In this document: piece after piece, positions 9,030-16,080 of the stretch
Layout: each line of letters begins with the position of its first letter
How positions within the stretch are numbered: the stretch's first letter is position 1
Position numbers and translations under genes: made by a program
Notes under the pieces: model-generated
Databases searched by the model: none
What the model was told of the DNA's origin: nothing
What the model saw: only the letters and a program-made list of their open reading frames with translations
Assembly (NCBI GenBank): GCA_016939375.1
Contig: JAFGHF010000012.1
Span: forward strand, 1-54,833
DNA from: Candidatus Omnitrophota bacterium
GTDB taxonomy: Bacteria > Omnitrophota > Gorgyraeia > JAFGHF01
Reading direction: 5' to 3'
DNA: 54,833 bases

Positions 9030-9935
9030 CTAATTAAAGATTTCTATCGCCTTTTTTATAGTATTGTATTGGATAAGGACTGTATCCTCTATATCCTGGG
9101 CATATCCTCCTCCGAAAACAACGCAACAGCAAGCGCCGCTTTCCCTTGCCAGAGAAAGAACATATTCATCTCTTTTCTCCAGACCAGCTATGCTAAGCGC
9201 CAATCCTCCCAATTGGTCCTTCTCATAGGGATCGGCTCCGGCAATATAAAAGACCAATTGCGGTTTAAATTCGGCAAAGATTCCAGGCAGGTTATTCTCT
9301 AAGGCGGCAAGATATCTCTGGTCATCTGTCTTATCGGCAAGCCCAAGGTCTAAATCGCTGGGTGGTTTTAGCACAGGATAGTTATTCTCTTGGTGGATGG
9401 AAAAAGTAAAGATGTTTTTATTTTTTTTGAAAATGTGGGCGTTGGCATTCCCTTGATGTAAGTCGCAATCTACGATTATGATCTTTTCTATGCCCTTTTT
9501 TTTGTTACAGAATGTAGCCGCACAGGCCACATCGTTCAAAACACAAAAGCCTTCTCCGTGATCGGCAAAGGCATGATGGAATCCACCGCCTATATGCGCA
9601 CAGGCTGAGGTCTCTAATGCTAATTTAGCAGCCAGGATGGTCCCGCCTACGCAATAACGCGCAGCCCGGACTAAGGCAGGAGAATAAGGAATCTCTAGGG
9701 TGAATATCTCCTGCAGAGAGAGGGTCCCGTTATCCAACTTATCGAGATATTCTTTGGTATGCACTAAAAGGATTTCTTCGGATGATGCTTCAGGTGCCAG
9801 CACGCAATCATCTTCCGTAATCAGTCTGTCCTTGAGAAGCCTTTCGCGGATGAGGCGGAATTTGACGGTAGGAAAAACGTGTGCGCCGATATCTACTTCG
9901 TATGCATCTGAATAAACCGCTTTGACCTTGCTCAC
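9030..9935 (-). CDS. Zn-dependent histone deacetylase family protein
   Basis: GGGFHHA..HGEGFCVLND, DCDLHQGN, SIHQ, AGADP, GGGY. Confidence 0.93.
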   Translation of the reverse strand: MSKVKAVYSDAYEVDIGAHVFPTVKFRLIRERLLKDRLITEDDCVLAPEASSEEILLVHTKEYLDKLDNGTLSLQEIFTLEIPYSPALVRAARYCVGGTILAAKLALETSACAHIGGGFHHAFADHGEGFCVLNDVACAATFCNKKKGIEKIIIVDCDLHQGNANAHIFKKNKNIFTFSIHQENNYPVLKPPSDLDLGLADKTDDQRYLAALENNLPGIFAEFKPQLVFYIAGADPYEKDQLGGLALSIAGLEKRDEYVLSLARESGACCCVVFGGGYAQDIEDTVLIQYNTIKKAIEIFN

Positions 9936-9936
9936 T

Positions 9937-10203
9937 TTATTGCTGCATCTTGGGCAATAGCTCTTCTACGGCTTCGGATATCTGATCCCATTTTTCCGGA
10001 TCATGAATAGTGAATTTTTGTTTTCTCTTCCAGCCTTCCTTTTTTCTCTGCCAAAGATAAAGGCAGATCTGTTTGCGACCCCATGATTCGACTAAGACTG
10101 CGGCTGCCCACCAGCCAAATCCCTTGCTCAAAGTGCGGTGGTCAACTGCCTTTAGAGGAGCCTCTATAGGTATCTTCTCTTCTCTCCTTGTGCCTTCTTC
10201 CAT
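9937..10203 (-). CDS. Small Trp-rich hypothetical protein, possible PC4/YdbC-like ssDNA-binding fold
   Basis: Strong RBS (GGAGG). Beta-strand-rich segment with W residues and a basic patch (GWW...SWGRK...YLWQ...WKRKQKFTI), followed by an amphipathic C-terminal helix. Fold call is by eye. Confidence 0.5.
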   Translation of the reverse strand: MEEGTRREEKIPIEAPLKAVDHRTLSKGFGWWAAAVLVESWGRKQICLYLWQRKKEGWKRKQKFTIHDPEKWDQISEAVEELLPKMQQ

Positions 10204-10251
10204 TAAAACCCTCCTCCCTTATTAACCTAAAATTCAAAAAGGGTTTTTCTC

Positions 10252-10452
10252 TTACTTTCTTAATTCTATCGAATAGTCTTCCTCCTGCTGGTCCAATATA
10301 ACATGCCCCTCTCTGGCCAGCCAGCCTAAGCTCATTAAAATGGTGTCGCGGGATTTATCTAAACTAGAAACTATTGTTGAGAGCCTGCTTGCGCCGTGCT
10401 CATCAAGAAAATGCCAAATCTCTCCAGCAACTATTCCCAATTCCGTTATCAA
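10252..10452 (-). CDS. Winged helix-turn-helix protein (DUF2582 family)
   Basis: LGIVAGEIWHFL ... LGWLAREG signature. Confidence 0.85.
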   Translation of the reverse strand: MITELGIVAGEIWHFLDEHGASRLSTIVSSLDKSRDTILMSLGWLAREGHVILDQQEEDYSIELRK

Positions 10453-10703
10453 TGTCCACCTCCTTCTCTATCATTATAACTCCCACATCTGGGGCAGACA
10501 GAAAGTTTTTTGTGCTTGCTGTCCACGTAGATATAGGTACATATTGAACACTGCCAAATAGATTCCAAGTCCATCTTGCGCTGCCGAGGGACTTCGATCT
10601 TCGAAAATAAAAACCAAAGGCCAAAAAAACCAAAGATAGTTAATAAAAGATATAGAAATACCGCTATTTCAAACTCGAGCTTTATCATTTTAAGACCACT
10701 CAA
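10449..10703 (-). CDS. Single-TM protein with C-terminal Cys4 zinc finger
   Basis: TM IAVFLYLLLTIFGFFGLWFLF, then CSIC...CPRC. 4-nt overlaps with both neighbours; alternative ATG at 10688. Confidence 0.8.
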   Translation of the reverse strand: MSGLKMIKLEFEIAVFLYLLLTIFGFFGLWFLFSKIEVPRQRKMDLESIWQCSICTYIYVDSKHKKLSVCPRCGSYNDREGGGH

Positions 10704-11368
10704 CCCTCGCCTAATTCGATGGAAAGAGGCGTTGAGCTGGCAAAATCAAGCCTCATCTTGACTCTCTGCCATTGCCCCTGATTATCGGGTACAGGCGCAA
10801 AACGCCATCTTCTCAGATAACGGGCTAGGGCCGTGTCTATTTCCGGATCGCCGCTAGCCTGTAGATTAACAACTTCCTCAACCAATCCATCTGCTGAAAC
10901 AAATATATTAAAGACTACCGCACCAACTTTTAGCGCCTGCTGGCCCCATTCTGGATAAGCTCTGAAATCGGGCTGAAAGATTATTTCTCGTGTCGATGAA
11001 ACCATTTTCTTAGCTAAAAAACTCTGCGCAAATTCTTTCTGCTGTTTATCGACATCGACTATGAATCTGTCGGGGGCGAATGTCTCTTTTTCAGCAGCCA
11101 AAGAATCTAAAGGCATATCTAAAAAACCATCTACCCTAGCAGCCTTTGCCTCAAACGGAAGCTCCAAGAAGGCCTTTCTCTGCGGCCCCGTCTGTTCCTT
11201 GGTTACCGAACCATGTAAAATCGAACCCAAAAATATAACCGCGGTATGTTGATTCAAAGCAAACCTGTTAGGCAAAAAGACCACGGACACTAAGCAGATC
11301 AAGAGCACGTGGCATAAAAAAGAAAACAAAAACGCTACTCTAAACTCTTTGCTGATCATCACTATCAT
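10700..11368 (-). CDS. TonB-like energy transducer
   Basis: TM with SFLCH (S..H motif). C-terminal YPEW...VFNIFVSADGLV...SGDPEIDTALARYLRRWRFAP TonB_C domain. Confidence 0.85.
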   Translation of the reverse strand: MIVMISKEFRVAFLFSFLCHVLLICLVSVVFLPNRFALNQHTAVIFLGSILHGSVTKEQTGPQRKAFLELPFEAKAARVDGFLDMPLDSLAAEKETFAPDRFIVDVDKQQKEFAQSFLAKKMVSSTREIIFQPDFRAYPEWGQQALKVGAVVFNIFVSADGLVEEVVNLQASGDPEIDTALARYLRRWRFAPVPDNQGQWQRVKMRLDFASSTPLSIELGEG

Positions 11369-11379
11369 AAGCCTTATGT

Positions 11380-11781
11380 CTATTCCATGGACTGGTTAGT
11401 GGCGATATTGATCTGGGTTAAGCCTACATCTCTGCAAAGATCCCAAATCTGCACTACCTTACCTAAAGAGGAACTGCGATCGGCCTTGATCAAAAGAGGA
11501 CGGTCTTCTTTTGAGAACCCTTGTAAATACTCTCTCAACTGATTCAAGGTAACTGGCTTATCATTTAAATAGATCAGATCTTCAGCGCTGACAGCAATGA
11601 TCAGATTTTTTTCCTGAATCACCTCGCTAGTCACCGCTTTAGGCAGATTTATTTTGATCCCCGGTTGAAAGATATAGCTTGAGGTAAGCATAAAAAATAT
11701 CAAGAGCAGAAATACTACGTCGATCAGCGGCGCTATGTCTAAATGCCCACTTTCAAATTCCAAATGTTTTTTGAATCTCAT
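11380..11781 (-). CDS. exbD: Biopolymer transporter ExbD/TolR
   Basis: DIAPLIDVVFLLLIFFM, INLPKA, LIKADR. Confidence 0.95.
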   Translation of the reverse strand: MRFKKHLEFESGHLDIAPLIDVVFLLLIFFMLTSSYIFQPGIKINLPKAVTSEVIQEKNLIIAVSAEDLIYLNDKPVTLNQLREYLQGFSKEDRPLLIKADRSSSLGKVVQIWDLCRDVGLTQINIATNQSME

Positions 11782-11801
11782 CTTTTTCTCACCTCATTTG
11801 C

Positions 11802-11834
11802 AGCTGAGAGCTGAGAGCTGACAGCTGAAAGCTC
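11802..11834. repeat. 7-bp tandem repeat (AGCTGAN x ~4.7)
   Basis: agctgag agctgag agctgac agctgaa agctc between exbB and exbD. Confidence 0.9.
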
Positions 11835-11836
11835 AA

Positions 11837-12463
11837 TTAATATTCATCTGACCGACGCGATAGAATATTGACCAATTCCGTAGCCGACCTATCCATATCC
11901 AGAATAAAGTTCTTTACCCTGCTAACCAAATAGTTATAAGCCACAAACGTAGGTATAGCCACCACTAATCCGGCAACGGTAGTAATCAAAGCTTCCCAGA
12001 TACCTCCGGCTAGATCCCCAGGGCTTACCGGATTTAAAGTAGTCGCTTTCTGCTGGATGACTTGAAAGGCCCTGACCATACCCGTAACCGTGCCCAAAAG
12101 GCCTAAAAGCGGAGAAATATGAGCAATGGTCGCCAATGTCCCTAGATTCTTTTCCAAAGACGGAACTTCGTATATCCCGGCATCTTCTATAGCCTCTTTG
12201 ATTTCTCCTCTAGAACGGTCGTGTTTCAAGATTCCGGCTTTTATAATTCGGGCTATGGGACTAGGGGTCTTTTCGCATAAGTCGATCGCCTCCATGATCC
12301 GGTTGCGCCTCAATATATTCCCGATAGTCTCCATGAACTTATTGATGTCTATCCTTATACGATATAGATGAAACAGCCTTTCGATCACTACCGCCATTGC
12401 TACTATTGAGCAAAGTATGATCAAATACATCAAAGGCCCGCCTTTTTGGATAATATCCCACAT
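11837..12463 (-). CDS. exbB: MotA/TolQ/ExbB proton channel protein
   Basis: GGPLM, IER, SPLLGLLGTVTGM, LAGGIWEALITTVAGL. RBS GGAGG before the ATG at 12463. Confidence 0.95.
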   Translation of the reverse strand: MWDIIQKGGPLMYLIILCSIVAMAVVIERLFHLYRIRIDINKFMETIGNILRRNRIMEAIDLCEKTPSPIARIIKAGILKHDRSRGEIKEAIEDAGIYEVPSLEKNLGTLATIAHISPLLGLLGTVTGMVRAFQVIQQKATTLNPVSPGDLAGGIWEALITTVAGLVVAIPTFVAYNYLVSRVKNFILDMDRSATELVNILSRRSDEY

Positions 12464-12537
12464 CTTACCCTCCTTCAAAAGTAAAACATCAAGATAATCT
12501 ACGTTAATAAATGGCTAATAAACGCAAATTTCCCTTA

Positions 12538-12855
12538 TCAATAATAAAATATGATTACGAGTAGCGCAATAGTGATAATAACCGCGATGATGTAAAAATC
12601 CCAAAAATAGAAAAAGTCTCTGATCCTCTCGCCCCTGGTGTATGAAATGGGGCGCGCCGCCTCTTTGTCTAAGCTAGAGACTCTAGGCAACCCTCGGGCC
12701 TTGATTTCATCGATCTGGTCTTTTTTAAACCGTAAAATAGTCCCCCCTAAACGGTATGCGGGCAATTCTCCTCTTTCCACTAAAACCTTGATCTCGTGCT
12801 CCGGTATACCTAAGTATTGAGAGACTTCCCTTGTGTTAAGCAACTTCTCTGACAT
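12538..12855 (-). CDS. HTH_17 DNA-binding protein with C-terminal membrane anchor
   Basis: LLNTREVSQYLG...GELPAYRLGGTILRF HTH_17; C-terminal hydrophobic FYIIAVIITIALLVIIFYY. The ORF can be extended to TTG at 12882. Confidence 0.88.
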   Translation of the reverse strand: MSEKLLNTREVSQYLGIPEHEIKVLVERGELPAYRLGGTILRFKKDQIDEIKARGLPRVSSLDKEAARPISYTRGERIRDFFYFWDFYIIAVIITIALLVIIFYY

Positions 12856-12956
12856 TTTTGCTTTTTCTTTTTTTAAAGTCAATTCTAGCTTCTCTTGAAG
12901 ACAGTATTCTTGCCTTAAGAGCTTTGACTTTGGACTATTATTCAGTTAACCAGCTG

Positions 12957-13526
12957 TTATTTTATTCTTTCGCTGGCGATCCAAGAATCTACCTTAGTTC
13001 TGTCAAATCTCCAGCTGTTTCCCTCTTTTTGAGCCGGGATCCTTCCAGCCTTGGCCCAGTCTACCACAGAGTTAGCGTCCACTTCCAAGTACTTAGCCAG
13101 CTCCTCGACGTTCATCAGCATCTCGTTTACAGTAGAGCTGCTGATCTTTTTGGCCTGCTCGCTCATGTCACACTTACCTTGCAGTACCGCTCCCCCTGTA
13201 ACATCCAGCTTAGGAGTCTTGATATCCCCTTGAAGATAAGCAGTACGGGTAAGGCTTAAGCTACTGGAAGCGTTCACGTTGCCGTAGACTTTTCCCGATA
13301 TCACGATATCCTCGCCGTTTATATTCGCGTGGACCTGGGCATTTTCACCTACAGTCAGATTCCCCTTGGTATCTAGACTGCCCTCAAATCTACCGTTTAT
13401 ACGTAAGTTGACTGGGTCGCGAAAAGTCATGCTACCCTGCATACTGGCATCGACATCGAGGATTTTTTCTTTCACCGGCCGAACTTCCACCTCTTCTTTC
13501 TCCTTCTTCTTGTTTCTGAAAGCCAT
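12957..13526 (-). CDS. Bactofilin (polymer-forming cytoskeletal) domain fused to HTH_17
   Basis: Beta-helix repeats LRINGRFEGSL...LTVGENAQVHANING..IVISGKVYGNV...LQGDI..PKLDV..GAVLQG, then LMNVEELAKYLE...GRIPA...WRF...VDSWI. RBS AGGAGG. Confidence 0.92.
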   Translation of the reverse strand: MAFRNKKKEKEEVEVRPVKEKILDVDASMQGSMTFRDPVNLRINGRFEGSLDTKGNLTVGENAQVHANINGEDIVISGKVYGNVNASSSLSLTRTAYLQGDIKTPKLDVTGGAVLQGKCDMSEQAKKISSSTVNEMLMNVEELAKYLEVDANSVVDWAKAGRIPAQKEGNSWRFDRTKVDSWIASERIK

Positions 13527-13545
13527 GCTTTCACCTCCTTATGTT

Positions 13546-13600
13546 TCGTCGTTCGTAGTTCGTCGCTCGTGGATCGTAAGCGAACCACGAATCACGAGTT
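13546..13600. repeat. 7-bp TCGTNNN tandem array followed by inverted copies (hairpin)
   Basis: tcgtcgt tcgtagt tcgtcgc tcgtgga tcgtaag cgaacca cgaatca cgagtt; TCGTGGATCG and CGAACCACGA pair with one mismatch. Confidence 0.85.
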
Positions 13601-14271
13601 TACACTTCTTTCCAACTGGCGCCTTCTACGCCCTCTATGCGCATTGCCCCATCTATTATTTGATCGCTTTGCTGAGGACTGACAAGCTTCAGCTCAAATT
13701 CGACTATCATGTTGTGGCTCTGCGGTTTCTTCTTTATCTCTAAGTCCTTGATCTCGCAGTTATGCTCGGCTAATACCCTGCGCACTTCCTTCAGCTGCTC
13801 GGCATGCCCTTTGGTCTCCAGAGAAAGCACTCGATATTGATCCTTGCGCACTATTGACTTCTCTACTTTAGTCAAAACAAGTAGAACGACAAGCATCAAA
13901 GCTGCTGCTATATATGCGCCGCTGGTGAATCCACTGCCGATAGCCAGACCTATACCGGTGACCGCCCAAAGACTGGCAGCAGTAGTCAAGCCGCGTACCG
14001 AAGCCCTGAAGCGCATGATAGTCCCCGCTCCCAAAAATCCTATGCCGGTCATTACCCCTGCGGCCAAGCGTGTAGGGTCTATATTGCAATCGGCACCGTA
14101 AGCGGTAAGCATATATATCGAAGTAAGCATAAGCAGCGTTGAACCCAGACAGACTAACATATGCGTACGTAGGCCCGCAACCCGGCCATGCAATTCTCTC
14201 TCAAAGCCAATTAAGCCGCCGATTATAAAAGATAGGGTCAAGCGAACAATGAGGTCTGTGACAGTAAACAT
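13600..14271 (-). CDS. MgtC/SapB family membrane protein with ACT-like C-terminal domain
   Basis: IGFERE, AGLRTH, DPTRLAAGVMTGIGFLGAG, GLTTAASLW. Confidence 0.95.
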   Translation of the reverse strand: MFTVTDLIVRLTLSFIIGGLIGFERELHGRVAGLRTHMLVCLGSTLLMLTSIYMLTAYGADCNIDPTRLAAGVMTGIGFLGAGTIMRFRASVRGLTTAASLWAVTGIGLAIGSGFTSGAYIAAALMLVVLLVLTKVEKSIVRKDQYRVLSLETKGHAEQLKEVRRVLAEHNCEIKDLEIKKKPQSHNMIVEFELKLVSPQQSDQIIDGAMRIEGVEGASWKEV

Positions 14272-14283
14272 ATTACCTCCCGA

Positions 14284-15285
14284 TTAAATCTTGAGATTTG
14301 GATTGACTTCCAGATCTAGCCTGGAACGCTTTCCTCTTTTGTAAAGCTGGTAAGCTAATCCAGCAACCATCGCCGCGTTATCCTGGCAAAGCGCAAATTC
14401 AGGAACATGGACATTTATCCCCAATGGCTTTAACTCTTTTTCTAATCGCTCTCTTAACCTGCCGTTTGCCACCACTCCCCCACCGATCACTACATCCTGC
14501 ACATTTTTAAAAAGGCACGCTTTAAGCGTTTTTTTCACCAGGACATCCACTACCGCTTCCTGAAAACCCGCCGCTATATTTCGTCGTTCGTGATTCGTGA
14601 CTCGTGATTCGTGGTCTTTTACATAATACAATACAGCGGTCTTTAACCCGCTAAAACTGAAATCCAGGCTATCTTCCCCCAAATACGAACGGGGAAATCT
14701 AATCTTATCGGCATCCCCTTTTTTAGCTGTTTTTTCTATGATCGGGCCTCCGGGATAACCCAGATCCAATATCTTGGCTACTTTATCAAAGGCCTCTCCG
14801 GCTGCATCGTCGAGCGTACTTCCCAGCTTCCGCCATTTTAAGAAACTCTGCACATAAAAAAGGCTGGTGTGCCCTCCGGAGACGATCAAGGCCACAAAAG
14901 GAAACTTATTCTTGCGCTGGTTCATCATGCCTGCGTACACATGAGCCTGCAAATGATTTATTCCCAAAAGCGGTACGCCCAAAGCCAAACTCAAAACTTT
15001 ACCTAGCGTCAGCCCGATTAAAAGCGCTCCCACCAAACCAGGGCCGTATACCGCAGCTATCAGGTCGACATCATCCAAGTCGATCCCGGCTTCTTTTTCG
15101 GCCTGCTCCAGGACATAATCGATCAGTTCTACATGGTAACGTGTCGCTATCTCTGGAACAACGCCTCCATACTTCTTATGTAAATGCAAGCTGGAAGCGA
15201 CTACATTAGAAAGTATTTTCTTGCCGTTTTCTACCAAAGAAATGGCTGTCTCATCACAAGAAGTCTCAATGCCAAGTACCAACAT
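14284..15285 (-). CDS. tsaD: tRNA threonylcarbamoyladenosine transferase TsaD
   Basis: LGIETSCDET, GGVVPE, GPGL, NHLQAH, SGGH, DDAAGEAFDK, FSFSGLKTA, DNAAM. Confidence 0.97.
   Translation of the reverse strand: MLVLGIETSCDETAISLVENGKKILSNVVASSLHLHKKYGGVVPEIATRYHVELIDYVLEQAEKEAGIDLDDVDLIAAVYGPGLVGALLIGLTLGKVLSLALGVPLLGINHLQAHVYAGMMNQRKNKFPFVALIVSGGHTSLFYVQSFLKWRKLGSTLDDAAGEAFDKVAKILDLGYPGGPIIEKTAKKGDADKIRFPRSYLGEDSLDFSFSGLKTAVLYYVKDHESRVTNHERRNIAAGFQEAVVDVLVKKTLKACLFKNVQDVVIGGGVVANGRLRERLEKELKPLGINVHVPEFALCQDNAAMVAGLAYQLYKRGKRSRLDLEVNPNLKI
14581..14615. repeat. 7-bp TCGTNNN tandem repeat inside tsaD
   Basis: tcgtcgt tcgtgat tcgtgac tcgtgat tcgtggt, encoding DHESRVTNHERR. Confidence 0.88.
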
Positions 15286-15290
15286 ATGTC

Positions 15291-16079
15291 TTATTCCATC
15301 AATTCGGAAACAAATATCAATTTTATCCCCTGCTCATACATAAGGGGGATCTCTTCTTTTAAAACTTTCATTGTCGCCGGTCGGGCATGTCCTATGCCGA
15401 TAGCCGCACCGCCCGCCAAAGCTACCTGGCATAATCGCTTAAACTGGCCCCGGATATATTCTTCGTCATCTTCATTATCCAAGAACACATCTCTGGCTGA
15501 ACACCTGATCCCTTTTTCCCTGGCCACCCTTCGACAAATTGATTCAGATGTCACAAGATTATCCAGAAAAAACAGGTCTCTCTTTTTCAACTCAGTGAAG
15601 ATAATCGCCATTAGCCTCTCGTCCTTGGTAGCTAAAGAACCCATATGGTTAGATACGCCTTTAGCACTGGGGGCGTCATCTAAGGCCTTGTCCAAGACCT
15701 CGATCACCCTCTCCCTATCCATATCACAAGTCAAAGTATCTTCTTCCAGGCCTATATAATCCCTTCCACCTTTTTCCGGTTCAAGAGGAAGATGCAAGAT
15801 GATCTCCTGGCCTAAATTTTTAGCGATGTTGGCGATTTTGGCAGAATATAGCAGATTCGGCAATATTGATATAGTCACAGGCACATCTATCTGGCGCAAT
15901 GTTTTCACGCAGTTGAGGTTATAGCCCCAGTCATCGATAACTATAGCTACCCTTGCCCTGACCTGTTCTTGCTGTAGCGGAGGTCTCCCTAATGAACCTT
16001 TAAGTAAAATAAAGGCCGCGCCGTTTAATAGCAAAATAAAGGCTATGATAAAAACTACTATTTTTCGCCTATTTGTCAT
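15291..16079 (-). CDS. Divergent polysaccharide deacetylase (YibQ family)
   Basis: AIVIDDWG, LHLPLEP, GVSNHMGS, RDVFLDN, IGIGH; N-terminal TM. Confidence 0.93.
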   Translation of the reverse strand: MTNRRKIVVFIIAFILLLNGAAFILLKGSLGRPPLQQEQVRARVAIVIDDWGYNLNCVKTLRQIDVPVTISILPNLLYSAKIANIAKNLGQEIILHLPLEPEKGGRDYIGLEEDTLTCDMDRERVIEVLDKALDDAPSAKGVSNHMGSLATKDERLMAIIFTELKKRDLFFLDNLVTSESICRRVAREKGIRCSARDVFLDNEDDEEYIRGQFKRLCQVALAGGAAIGIGHARPATMKVLKEEIPLMYEQGIKLIFVSELME

Positions 16080-16080
16080 T

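Noticed and set aside
10403-10633. Alternative minus-strand 76-aa ORF overlapping the Zn-finger gene
   Set aside because: The 10449-10703 frame has a TM plus Cys4 motif and 4-nt coupled overlaps on both sides.
12499-12530. Loose repeats (acgttaat/ggctaat/acgcaaat) upstream of exbB
   Set aside because: Too degenerate, with irregular period, to distinguish from AT-rich background.
5744-13526. Prophage or integrative element suggested by three excisionase-like HTH_17 domains
   Set aside because: No integrase, att-like repeats or phage genes; the HTHs are embedded in housekeeping-type operons.
11802-14615. Heptamer arrays as CRISPR repeats
   Set aside because: Units are 7 bp with no spacers, and there are no cas genes.
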